The position numbers were made by a program, and so were the translations under genes. From assembly GCA_963699155.1 (NCBI GenBank), contig OY969414.1:64001-128000 (forward strand): a stretch of 64,000 nucleotides of DNA. The letters run 5' to 3'. Source of the DNA: an uncultured Chlamydiales bacterium. Lineage in GTDB: Bacteria; Chlamydiota; Chlamydiia; Chlamydiales; JAAKFR01. A model generated the notes under the pieces. The model was not told the origin of the DNA. It ran no database searches and saw only the letters and a program-made list of their open reading frames with translations. Positions 29,218 to 39,134 of this stretch are shown here, piece after piece (positions within the stretch are counted from its first letter, which is position 1; every line of letters begins with the position of its first letter).

Positions 29218-31929
29218 ATGGTGAAAAGTGGAAAAGTGAAAGCGGCTCCCAATTCGAAGGAGTCGGAGATGATGGTGCTGGGCTGCATGCTCACCAGCGT
29301 CAATAGTTTAAATATTGCCTCTGATGCGCTCGATGAAAATGATTTTTACTACACTGAGCATCAGATTCTCTTTCAGGTCTTAAAAATTGCTTATAAGCAG
29401 AATAGGCCGGCCGATGTCCATATCGTCTGCGAGGAGCTGAAACGGCTCGATAAATTAGATGCTATTGGCGGGGCCGCATACGTGACAACGCTGGCCCAAT
29501 ATGCAGGGACCTCCGCCTACATCGAAGAGTATGCCGAGATTGTGAAGTCGAAAGCAATTTTGCGGCGGATGATCCAAGCGGCACAGGTGGTCGAAAAAAA
29601 TGCCCTTGAAGAGCCTGGCGACGTCCATGAAGCACTCGATGAGGCACAAGGACTCTTCTTTAAAATCAGCCAGAATGCCAATCCGGGCGCAGGTATTCTG
29701 ATCAGCGATCTTCTAAGTGGGGTCAAAGCCACCACACAAATTCCCTTCCTGAAAGAGCTGCAGGATCGCCAAGAGGAATTCCGTTTAAAAGGCCCTCAAG
29801 AGGCCAAAATTACAGGAATCCCCACCCACTATCTCGACCTGGACAAACTGATCAACGGCCTCAACAACTCCAACCTGATGATCGTCGCAGGCAGACCCGC
29901 CATGGGAAAGACAGCCCTCGCCGTCAATATCGCCGAAAATGTCTGTTTCAAAAACAACATGCCAGTCGGCATCTTCTCGCTCGAAATGACCGCAGAGCAG
30001 CTTCTCCACCGTATCATCTGTTCTCAAGCCGAAGTCGAATCGGACAAGATCCGTACCGGAAACTTAACCGGAGCCGATTTCCAACGCATTGTCAGCGCTG
30101 TCGGCCAGATGCAGAAGCAGACGATGGTGATCGATGACCAACCAGGGCTCAAAATCACCGACCTGCGCGCACGCGCACGTCGCATGAAGGAGAGCTTTGG
30201 GATCCGCCTGCTCATCATCGACTATCTCCAGCTGATCTCCGGATCAGGCACCTCCCGAACCATAGAAAATCGCCAAAGCGAGATCTCCGAAATCTCCCGC
30301 ATGCTGAAGACCCTCGCCCGCGAGCTCAACATCCCCGTCATCTGCGCCTCCCAGCTCTCCCGCAAAGTCGAAGACAGAGCCGGCCACCGCCCCATGATGA
30401 GCGACCTCCGCGAGAGTGGCTGCCTCACCGGTGATGCTGAAATTCAAGATGCAGATACTGGAAAAATCTATACCATCAAAGAGCTTGCAGATAGGCAAGA
30501 GCAGACAACCCTCTACGTTCATGCCGTCGATGAAAAATTAAAAATAGGTCGACATAAGCTAGTCAAAGCATTCTATTCTGGCAAAAAAAAGGTCTATCAG
30601 CTCACCACACGTTCTGGACGTTCTATTAAAGCCAGCGCCAACCATCCTTTCTTAAAGCTAGGGGGCTGGACACCTCTCGAACAGTTAAAACCTGGTGATC
30701 GTATCGGCTTGCCACGGGAATTGCGCTCCCCTCTCCATGCAACAACAAATCGAAAAGATGAATGGGCATTTTTGGCTCATCTGCTTGGCGATGGCTGTAT
30801 CCTTCCCAAGCAACCTTACCACTTTACAAGCCAGGATGAAGAAAATTTAGCTACAGTGGGAAAGTTATCTAATCAATTGTTCCACATCCTTCCTCGTTAT
30901 ATCCCCCAAAGGAACTGGACTCATGTCTATTTCCCCTCGCCCTACCATCTCACGAAAGGGAAATACCATCCTATCACCGAATGGTTTAATAGCTTAAAAA
31001 TTAATCGTGTGCGCTCTTACGAAAAAAAGTTGCCCCAGGAACTTTTTGAAAGACCCTTAGATGAGATTTCTCATTTTCTCCACCATCTTTGGGCTACAGA
31101 TGGAAATATCAGCACAAAACGGTTAAGAAATAGAAGCCCTTCAGCCGCTATTTATTATGCTTCATCTAGCAAATTACTAGCCAATCAAGTGCAATCTCTT
31201 TTGCTGAGATTAGGCATCAGTAGCTCTACTCATGGCCGCTCCTCGAAAAAGGGATACCGCACCATGTATCATGTCCACATTCAGGGTGCTGAAAATCAGA
31301 TACGCTTTTTAAAGACCGTGGGATGTGCTGGTAAACGTGGCAAGATCATCCCTCAATTATTGGATGATTTAACAAGGATAGAAAGCAATCTCAACATAGA
31401 CGTAATCCCGAAAGAGGCTTGGAAACTTTTCGTTGAGCCCGCAAAAGTGAAAACGGGTATGGGTTGGCGCGAGGTTTGTGAAGGGCTTGAAATGTCCTAT
31501 TGTGGAAGCACTCTCTTCAAATCGGGAGTTTCTCGCCATCGAATGAAAAAACTTTTCCGGGTTTTAGGAGATGAAAAGCTACTGCAGCTGGCTCAATCTG
31601 ACGTTTATTGGGATGAAATCTCTTCAATTGAAGAATTGGGCGTTGAAGATGTTTACGATGCAACAGTTGAGGGAGTCCACAATTTTGTAGCTAACGATAT
31701 TATCGTTCACAATAGCATCGAGCAAGATGCTGATATTGTGATATTTCTGTTGCGCAGGGAGTACTATGATCCCAACGATAAGCCAGGGATGGCGGAGATT
31801 ATTGTGGGGAAAAACCGGCATGGAGCCGTCGGGAGCGTCAATATGACCTTCGTTAAGGAGCTGGTCCAGTTTAGGAACTATACGCCGATCAAGATGGAAG
31901 CGTATAACGACTCCTTCGCTAATCTTTGA
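29218..31929 (+). CDS. dnaB: Replicative DNA helicase DnaB precursor containing an intein
   Basis: AGRPAMGKT, FSLEM, IIDYLQL, SQLSR and SDLRESG|...|SIEQDAD motifs. Confidence 0.96.
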   Translation: MVKSGKVKAAPNSKESEMMVLGCMLTSVNSLNIASDALDENDFYYTEHQILFQVLKIAYKQNRPADVHIVCEELKRLDKLDAIGGAAYVTTLAQYAGTSAYIEEYAEIVKSKAILRRMIQAAQVVEKNALEEPGDVHEALDEAQGLFFKISQNANPGAGILISDLLSGVKATTQIPFLKELQDRQEEFRLKGPQEAKITGIPTHYLDLDKLINGLNNSNLMIVAGRPAMGKTALAVNIAENVCFKNNMPVGIFSLEMTAEQLLHRIICSQAEVESDKIRTGNLTGADFQRIVSAVGQMQKQTMVIDDQPGLKITDLRARARRMKESFGIRLLIIDYLQLISGSGTSRTIENRQSEISEISRMLKTLARELNIPVICASQLSRKVEDRAGHRPMMSDLRESGCLTGDAEIQDADTGKIYTIKELADRQEQTTLYVHAVDEKLKIGRHKLVKAFYSGKKKVYQLTTRSGRSIKASANHPFLKLGGWTPLEQLKPGDRIGLPRELRSPLHATTNRKDEWAFLAHLLGDGCILPKQPYHFTSQDEENLATVGKLSNQLFHILPRYIPQRNWTHVYFPSPYHLTKGKYHPITEWFNSLKINRVRSYEKKLPQELFERPLDEISHFLHHLWATDGNISTKRLRNRSPSAAIYYASSSKLLANQVQSLLLRLGISSSTHGRSSKKGYRTMYHVHIQGAENQIRFLKTVGCAGKRGKIIPQLLDDLTRIESNLNIDVIPKEAWKLFVEPAKVKTGMGWREVCEGLEMSYCGSTLFKSGVSRHRMKKLFRVLGDEKLLQLAQSDVYWDEISSIEELGVEDVYDATVEGVHNFVANDIIVHNSIEQDADIVIFLLRREYYDPNDKPGMAEIIVGKNRHGAVGSVNMTFVKELVQFRNYTPIKMEAYNDSFANL
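30421..31713 (+). mobile_element. 431-aa intein with LAGLIDADG homing endonuclease in dnaB
   Basis: Starts CLTGD after RESG; block B (IKASANHPF); endonuclease blocks FLAHLLGDG and FLHHLWATDG; ends VYDATVEGVHNFVANDIIVHN before Ser+1. Confidence 0.95.
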
Positions 31930-31973
31930 CACTATTTCGCCAAAAGTTTAGTGTCCGGCTTTTGGAGGTTCTC

Positions 31974-32600
31974 ATGATGAAGTGGATATTGCCCCTGATT
32001 TTGTTGGTTCAGCCCTTGTCGGCTAATATCTGCCAGGAGGCCTTTCAGAAGCTGAAAGAGGGGAATGCCCGCTTTATGAAGGATCAGCTTACACATCCTG
32101 ATCGGACGAGTGAGAGAAGAGAGTCTGTCGTCAGCAAGCAGAAGCCCTTTGCTGTCATTTTAGGCTGTTCTGACTCGAGGGTAGCTCCAGAAATCCTTTT
32201 TGACCAAGGTGTGGGCGACCTTTTTGTCGTCCGTGTTGCTGGGAATGTATCAGGACCTCTTGAACTCGATAGCATTGAATACGCAGCCTTGCATCTGGGC
32301 TCCTGTCTCGTTGTCGTTCTAGGCCATGAAAACTGCGGCGCTGTCGAAGCTGTTGTGCAGCATCAGACCCAAGATATCGAAGCGGTGGCAGAGCTGATTG
32401 AGCCAGCTGTCAAAAACATCCCGACCGACCAGCCCAATTCTCTCGAATTGGCAGTCAAAGCCAACGTGAAAAGTGTTGTCGACTACCTCAAACAGACTAA
32501 AGTGATCGCCTCTCTCTTGGAGCAGAAAAAAATCGCTGTGGTTGGCGGCTACTACCACCTCAAGAGCGGCGAGGTCGAGATGCTCAACTCAATCTATTGA
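31974..32600 (+). CDS. Beta-class carbonic anhydrase with signal peptide
   Basis: GCSDSRV, DLFVVRVAGN and GHENCGA motifs; GGAGG RBS. Confidence 0.92.
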   Translation: MMKWILPLILLVQPLSANICQEAFQKLKEGNARFMKDQLTHPDRTSERRESVVSKQKPFAVILGCSDSRVAPEILFDQGVGDLFVVRVAGNVSGPLELDSIEYAALHLGSCLVVVLGHENCGAVEAVVQHQTQDIEAVAELIEPAVKNIPTDQPNSLELAVKANVKSVVDYLKQTKVIASLLEQKKIAVVGGYYHLKSGEVEMLNSIY

Positions 32601-34426
32601 GCAACAATGGGGAAAAGAGTTTGGACGAGATCTTCACCGCTTAACTGAAGCAGGTTGAACATCAGCTTGGCTAGATCGCGATTTTGGGGGGCTGCTGCTT
32701 GAAAAAGAGCTAAACGGACTTCGGGATCGATCCTCTCTCCATCAGGTGGCATCAGCAAAGCTAAAAGGGCTGCTAGCGAGAGTTTTTTGGGAGCAATTTC
32801 TTTGATCAGGGTGCGAAGATGCTGAGGCTCTAATTTCTTTCCTGTCGAGAGAAGAGGTTGTATCATTTCGGTGGGACTCTCACTTTCCGCTTCGGTGACA
32901 CTAATCGTAGAAAGCTTCAGAGAAATTGTAGACTCCACTTGAGCTAACTGCTCCTCTCTTTTTTGTGGATGGGCCATCTCCTTTGCTTGTGCGACGATTT
33001 TTAGGGCTTCTTCGGGCTCTTTCTCTGCTAATCGGGTGGCGAATGCGAAAATGAGATCGAGACGCTTTTCAAGATCACCGATTCTAGCGACCACCCCTTG
33101 AGCCCACGCTAGATTTTCACGATAGGAAGCAGGAGTAGAGGTTAAGGGAATGGGAGGATCTATCTCTCTTTCCCCTTCAACAATACTGGCAAGGGCATAG
33201 GGAAGGTTTATAATAGGGTCGAGCTTAGCCATTGATCTTTATAGGCTCTTTTTTGCCATCTCGGGATTGCGAGCGGCTTCTGCGGCAATAGCATATTGAA
33301 AAGCTCTTGAAATTTCTTTCTTGTCGCTACTATCAAATGGCAAATGAGGGAGGATGAATGATGCGATCAATGGATTCTCATTCATCAATGCCTGAAGGTA
33401 GTAAAGTGAGAAAACAGCATGCCCGGGCGGTAGGCAAGTGGCATAAAGGATGGCAGCAGGCAAGTTTTTAACGGGAGTCCGTTCAAAGATGATTCTAAAA
33501 CAGTCATTTATCTCATCAAAATGAAATTCTCCTAGAAGAATCTGAAGTGCATTGAGGGGATTTTTTTTCATTTCCGGGTAGAGAATATCTAGTAAAAGAC
33601 GATTGCTCCTGGATATTCGAAGAGTTGACACGGCCATTCTTTTTATCCTGTCTGTGAGGGGAGCTCTTGAGAAAAAGCGATAAGTCAGTCCCAAATGGCT
33701 TGAGGGAAAACCTTCGCAAGCCGCTAGAGTTTCTTCTTGAAATGTTTAAGGACGTAGATAGGCTTCAACAGCAGAGATAACATAATCGAGGTTCCCCGTA
33801 GTAAGAAGGGGTCTCGCAGATGCTAATGTTTGCAAACCCCTCGCTGCATCTTTCTCACCTTCTGCCATAGCGATCTTAAACAGTGAATAACATCTCTCAG
33901 CTTCATCTTGATGTGCTGCACTTCTCTTTGCCTCTTCGGGATCAAAAGAGATTTCTGCTTCAACAATCTGACGCCAGCTCCATATGGTGTCTTGGGCAAG
34001 AGGTGCCGGCTGCTTAGCTAGCGCCAGATGGCTATAGCTATTCCTCTTTTTAGCCAGCCCTACAAGTATTGCAACCTCAGTAGAGATGAGTGCTTTTTTA
34101 ATACTCTCGAATTGAGGATCCTCTGCTAACTCCTGGACCAATCTTAGGGCTAAATCGGGATGAGTGAGGGTTAACGCACTGGCAAAGTTGCATAAATGTT
34201 GCCCAATCGAAGCTCCCCTACTGACCAGATCATTCATAGAACTGACCAGAACTTTCATAGCTGAGCCTACCCTCGATTTCAAGCTCAGTGAAGGTGTACT
34301 AGAAATTAGACTTTGCCATTGGCGACACACGAGGCGACATAGGACCACTTGGGTAATGGGAGCTGCTTCAAGCACCCTAACATACATTTCTGGGGGGAGA
34401 TCAGAACTATTAATATGCTTAGTCAT
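32594..34426 (-). pseudogene. F-box effector-like gene in one frame, interrupted by two TAA codons (33746-33748 and 33239-33241)
   Basis: F-box SDLPPEMYVRVLEAAPITQVVLCRLVCRQW; the three listed ORFs are in frame, with open 17- and 2-codon linkers after each stop. Confidence 0.7.
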
Positions 34427-34545
34427 AAAAAAAATTGTAACCTTTTGTTGTTAATATTAGATTAAGAACAACTTCGGACTTTTATTAGTGAAAAGTGTTG
34501 AGAAATATCTCCATTTCACCTATCTTCTTTGTTTTTCGGAGCATC

Positions 34546-34635
34546 ATGTCATCAGTCAAAAAGAAACGAAAATACAAAATCGCCAAGCACAAACGGAAAA
34601 AGCGCCGTCGTCGCGACCGTCATAAAACTCGTTAG
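34546..34635 (+). CDS. 29-aa basic protein, AURKAIP1/COX24 (bS22/mS38-like) family
   Basis: MSSVKKKRKYKIAKHKRKKRRRRDRHKTR with GGAG RBS; below the ORF-track length cutoff. Confidence 0.82.
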   Translation: MSSVKKKRKYKIAKHKRKKRRRRDRHKTR

Positions 34636-34767
34636 AGGATCGGGACCCGATCCATAGTGGCCGATTCTCAAATATTTTGAACGTAGGGCGCAGGCCCCCT
34701 CGAATGTGGCGTTTTATGCCGCCGTTGGTGTCTATTTTATGGCGTTCTACACCGCTGTTGGTTTTCT

Positions 34768-36618
34768 ATGATGTGGCGTTACCCAGTAGAATATGATGTG
34801 ATTGTGGTGGGAGGGGGTCATTCGGGCTGTGAGGCGGCTTTTGCGGCGGCACGGTCGGGAGCGTTGACCCTTCTTTTGACCATGAATCTTGATACTATTG
34901 CCAAAATGAGCTGCAATCCTGCTGTGGGCGGGATTGGGAAGGGCCATATGGTGCGGGAAATCGATGCACTGGGCGGCGAGATGGGCAAGGTGATCGATCG
35001 TACGGGGATCCAATTCCGGATGCTGAATGCCTCTAAGGGACCTGCTGTGTGGGCTCCCAGGGCTCAGGCAGACAAGGTGGCCTACCAGTTTGAGATGAAG
35101 CATAGGCTGGAAAACTGCCCCAATCTTCATTTGCATCAGGGGACGACGGAAGGAATCGAGGTGGTAGATGGCCAGATTCATGGTCTCTATACCCAAGAGG
35201 GCATCGCCTATAGTGCCAAGACGGTGATTTTGTCGTCGGGCACCTTTATGCAGGGCCTTTTGCACATTGGCGAAACTCATTTCTCAGGGGGGCGTGCAGG
35301 GGATAAACCGGCTGTGGGGATTTCCAAGAGCTTGACTGAGCAGGGATTTCAGCTGGGAAGGCTCAAAACAGGGACACCGCCTCGCGTCAATAAGAGGTCG
35401 ATCGACTTTTCCAAGACCGAAGAACAGCCACCCGAAGAGGGAATCCGGTTCTCCTATGACGACGAGCCCTATGAGAGATTGCCACAGATCTCCTGCTGGA
35501 TCACCTACACGTCGGCTGAGACCAAAAAGATCATTCAAGACAATCTGCACAGGTCGCCTCTCTATACGGGGAAAATCAAAAGTATTGGCCCCCGTTACTG
35601 TCCCTCGATCGAAGATAAGGTGGTCCGCTTTGCCGATAAAGAGCGCCACCAGATCTTCCTCGAGCCAGAAGGGCTAAATACTAATGAAATCTATGTGAAT
35701 GGGATCTCCTCCTCACTTCCCTTTGATGTGCAGCTTGCCTTCCTCCACTCCATTCCTGGGCTCGAAAAGGCGGAGGTGACCCGTCCTGCCTATGCGATCG
35801 AATATGACTATCTCTTGTGCGGGCAAGTAGGGCCGACACTCGAAACAAAACGGGTCGAAGGGCTCTTCTTTGCAGGGCAGATCAATGGCACAACGGGCTA
35901 TGAAGAGGCTGCGGCGCAGGGAATCGTCGCTGGCATCAATGCGGCAGCGAAGGTTTTAGGCAAACCTCCCCTCATCCTGCAGCGCCATGAAGCCTACATC
36001 GGGGTGATGATCGATGACCTTATCACCAAGCCGATCGATGAGCCCTACCGCATGTTCACCTCAAGGGCTGAGCACCGCCTCCTCTTGCGCCAAGACAATG
36101 CCGACATGCGCCTCTCACACTATGGCTACGAGCGGGGAATTCTGGAGAGACGTCGCTATGAAAAGGTCCTCCACAAACAAAAAATCCTCGAAGAAGAAAC
36201 GCTTCGTCTGCAAAGCCTCTACAAAAATGAGGGCAGCCGTGGCTCTTCGCTCGCCCAGCTGCTCTGCCGTCCAGAGAATAGCTACGACTCACTTTTGGCC
36301 AGCTATCCCGACGAAATGGTCGATTATGGCAAGGAGCTCAACTTTCAGATCGAGCTCAATCTCAAATATGCGGGCTATATCGAACGGCAGGTTTCCGATA
36401 TCGAGAAGCTCTCCCATATCGAAAAGATTAAGATTCCCGCTGATTTAGATTACTCACCTATCAGCGGACTGCGCAATGAGGCGAAACAGAAATTGGGAAA
36501 AATCAGGCCCCAAACAGTAGGACAAGCCTCTCGCGTCAGCGGAGTCTCTCCTTCCGATATTCAAGTATTGATGATCGCTATTAAAAAAGGTTATGTTTCG
36601 TCTACTGATACTGAATAA
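34768..36618 (+). CDS. mnmG: tRNA uridine-34 carboxymethylaminomethyl modification enzyme
   Basis: [34 protein letters not shown] and [16 protein letters not shown] motifs. Confidence 0.97.
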   Translation: MMWRYPVEYDVIVVGGGHSGCEAAFAAARSGALTLLLTMNLDTIAKMSCNPAVGGIGKGHMVREIDALGGEMGKVIDRTGIQFRMLNASKGPAVWAPRAQADKVAYQFEMKHRLENCPNLHLHQGTTEGIEVVDGQIHGLYTQEGIAYSAKTVILSSGTFMQGLLHIGETHFSGGRAGDKPAVGISKSLTEQGFQLGRLKTGTPPRVNKRSIDFSKTEEQPPEEGIRFSYDDEPYERLPQISCWITYTSAETKKIIQDNLHRSPLYTGKIKSIGPRYCPSIEDKVVRFADKERHQIFLEPEGLNTNEIYVNGISSSLPFDVQLAFLHSIPGLEKAEVTRPAYAIEYDYLLCGQVGPTLETKRVEGLFFAGQINGTTGYEEAAAQGIVAGINAAAKVLGKPPLILQRHEAYIGVMIDDLITKPIDEPYRMFTSRAEHRLLLRQDNADMRLSHYGYERGILERRRYEKVLHKQKILEEETLRLQSLYKNEGSRGSSLAQLLCRPENSYDSLLASYPDEMVDYGKELNFQIELNLKYAGYIERQVSDIEKLSHIEKIKIPADLDYSPISGLRNEAKQKLGKIRPQTVGQASRVSGVSPSDIQVLMIAIKKGYVSSTDTE

Positions 36619-37300
36619 TGTCCCGATTTTTGAACAACTCCGTCTCGAGGAGGCATTGCTGCGCACCAGCAACGAAAATTGGTGCTTGCTCAATACAGGC
36701 TCTCCTCCTGCGATCGTCATGGGCATTTCTGGAAAACCGGAAGAGCTTTTAGACCTCAAGCGCTTGGCACAAGATGAAATCCCCGTCATCAAACGATTCA
36801 GCGGCGGGGGCACTGTCTACATCGATCCCGATACTGTCTTCGCCACCCTCATCTGCAATGAAGAGGCTGTAGATATTCCTCTGCAGCCAAAAGCCCTCTT
36901 AAAGTGGTCGGAGAGCTTCTACTCCCCCATTCTCTCCGGTTTTCAGCTGCGCGAAAATGATTATGCCCTTGGCGATAAGAAAATCGGTGGCAACGCCCAG
37001 TATATCCAGAAAAAGCGGTGGCTGCTCCACACCTCCTTCCTCTGGGATTACTCGATCGAAAAGATGAACTACCTCCTCCTTCCCGCTAAAAGGCCTGCTT
37101 ACCGCCAAGAGCGCTCCCATGGCGACTTTCTCTCCCCCTTGCGCCCCCATTTTCCCTCCAAGGAGAGACTCATCCACTCGATCGTGCAACAAGCGCGCAA
37201 CTTAGGAGCCTCCGAAGCCTCGCTCCAAGAGGCCTCCCATTATTTAACCCTGCCCCATAGGATGAGCACCCACTTTTTAAATTTAAAAAATAAGGTCTAA
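36593..37300 (+). CDS. lplA: Lipoate-protein ligase A family protein
   Basis: [20 protein letters not shown] and KKIGGNAQ motifs. Confidence 0.85.
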   Translation: MFRLLILNNVPIFEQLRLEEALLRTSNENWCLLNTGSPPAIVMGISGKPEELLDLKRLAQDEIPVIKRFSGGGTVYIDPDTVFATLICNEEAVDIPLQPKALLKWSESFYSPILSGFQLRENDYALGDKKIGGNAQYIQKKRWLLHTSFLWDYSIEKMNYLLLPAKRPAYRQERSHGDFLSPLRPHFPSKERLIHSIVQQARNLGASEASLQEASHYLTLPHRMSTHFLNLKNKV

Positions 37301-37304
37301 TTTC

Positions 37305-39134
37305 ATGTCATTTGCCGCTACTAGCATCCTCTCATTCTGTCGCAATGAACCCACCTATCCAAATCCCCTGGGAGGCATGGAGAAAGCGACGTTAGCAGTC
37401 GATGCCACCTTAGCAGTAGCGGCTCTGGTTGCCATTCTTTTCTTTACAGGAGTGATTCCGGGTTTGCCACAAGGGCTAGGACAATTCGCTTGGTGTGCAG
37501 GCGGAGCTGCAGCGCTCCTTCTGATTCCTGACGTTATTGCAGGCGTGGTAAAATATCTCAAATTTACAAGAGAGCGTGACGCACAACAAGCAATCAGTAG
37601 TGAGAGACCAGAAGCAGCCCCTGTCATCATCACAGAAGTAGCTCCTGTGATCCCAAACGAAGATCAGGAACGAGAAGCCCTAAGAACACCCTGCCACGAA
37701 GTTTTACCAGGCCTCTTTTTAGGCAACGGACGAGCCTGTTTGGAAGCTACTGGATTGCCTGGTTTTTATGAGATAGGCCCCTCTAGCAAGAGGGGGCCTG
37801 CAGTAGATACTTCAAACCCCCACCAATTCAAAGGGATCATGAGCTTCTGCCCTCCGACGTCGATTTCTCCAGCTCCTCAAAATAATGAATTTAGTGAACT
37901 CTCAGCGGATCAACTGAGGAAATTCCTTAAAAAGCAGGGCATTAGCTGGCACAACTATGGAAAGGCGGCCATGGATGATGCCGAAAACTGGAAAGCTCTC
38001 GTCTACGATTGCACTTTCCCTGATAAGCATCCCGACAAACCCCTCCGCGGAAACGCTCAGGAAATCGAAAAAATCTTCCAAGATAAGAAAGTGAAAATGG
38101 ATCAGGTAGATGTTAAAGAGTGGTTTGCCGATGCCTTTAAGGCGATCGATAAGGGAAGGAAAAAAGGCAATTTCTTGATCCATTGTCAAATGGGTCAGTC
38201 GAGAAGTGCGACCATCCTGGCCGCTTACTTAATTAACCGCTATGGTTGCACAGCGGAAGTAGCAATCAGCGCCTTAAAGAGCAAACGCCTTTGTGTGAAA
38301 TCCAAGTTTATTCTCCAGTTAAAAGCCTATGAAAGAGCCCTTCATGGAGGAATTCCATTCGACTTAACCCCCCCGAGTACTAAGTTGACTCGGGAGCAGC
38401 GTTTTGACCTCGACCCAATCCCGCAAGCGATCAAGGCAGCTCCAGAATATGTTCAAGAGACAACAAAATCAAGAGAGGCGGTTAAAATCCCCTGTCATGA
38501 GATCTTGCCTGGTCTTTTCTTAGGGGACCAGAAAGCGTTTGCTCAGACAACGGGATTCCCAACTGTGAAATACGATACAGAGATCGACACTTCCAATCCT
38601 AATCAGTTTCAAACGATTCTCTCAGTCACAAGTTTTCCAGGCATGATGCACGATTACACAGACGTCAAGGAAAAAGCAGTCAATGAGTTCAACCAAAGTT
38701 TTGCCAACCAAGGGATTACCTGGAAACGATTTGGCGATGGCTTCCCAGATCTAGCTAAAAGCTGGTTTACCTTGGTCCATGCGACGACAGCAGAAAATCC
38801 CCAGCTTTTTAATACGTTAGAAGAGCTCAACACTGGGTTTGATCAGTATCAAGAGGAGTGCAGAAATAATCATGAGAAGGATGTTAAGAAGTGGTTTGAA
38901 AAGGCTTTTCAGGCCATCGATGCGGGTCTTAAAAAAGGCAATGTCCTCGTGCACTGTTCTGCAGGGCAATCCCGTAGCGTCACACTCATGGCAGCCTTCT
39001 TAATCAAACGACATGGAGTGACCACTGAAGAAGCCTTGAACTATATCGCCAACAGACGACCCTGTATCCATTTACGCCCTCCCTTCTTTGCTCAGCTTCA
39101 AGCCTACGAAACTGCCCTACGAGGATCTGCCTAA
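37305..39134 (+). CDS. Membrane-anchored protein with two dual-specificity phosphatase domains
   Basis: N-terminal bilobed hydrophobic segment; two PCHE(V/I)LPGLFLG...HCxxGQSRS units. Confidence 0.88.
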   Translation: MSFAATSILSFCRNEPTYPNPLGGMEKATLAVDATLAVAALVAILFFTGVIPGLPQGLGQFAWCAGGAAALLLIPDVIAGVVKYLKFTRERDAQQAISSERPEAAPVIITEVAPVIPNEDQEREALRTPCHEVLPGLFLGNGRACLEATGLPGFYEIGPSSKRGPAVDTSNPHQFKGIMSFCPPTSISPAPQNNEFSELSADQLRKFLKKQGISWHNYGKAAMDDAENWKALVYDCTFPDKHPDKPLRGNAQEIEKIFQDKKVKMDQVDVKEWFADAFKAIDKGRKKGNFLIHCQMGQSRSATILAAYLINRYGCTAEVAISALKSKRLCVKSKFILQLKAYERALHGGIPFDLTPPSTKLTREQRFDLDPIPQAIKAAPEYVQETTKSREAVKIPCHEILPGLFLGDQKAFAQTTGFPTVKYDTEIDTSNPNQFQTILSVTSFPGMMHDYTDVKEKAVNEFNQSFANQGITWKRFGDGFPDLAKSWFTLVHATTAENPQLFNTLEELNTGFDQYQEECRNNHEKDVKKWFEKAFQAIDAGLKKGNVLVHCSAGQSRSVTLMAAFLIKRHGVTTEEALNYIANRRPCIHLRPPFFAQLQAYETALRGSA

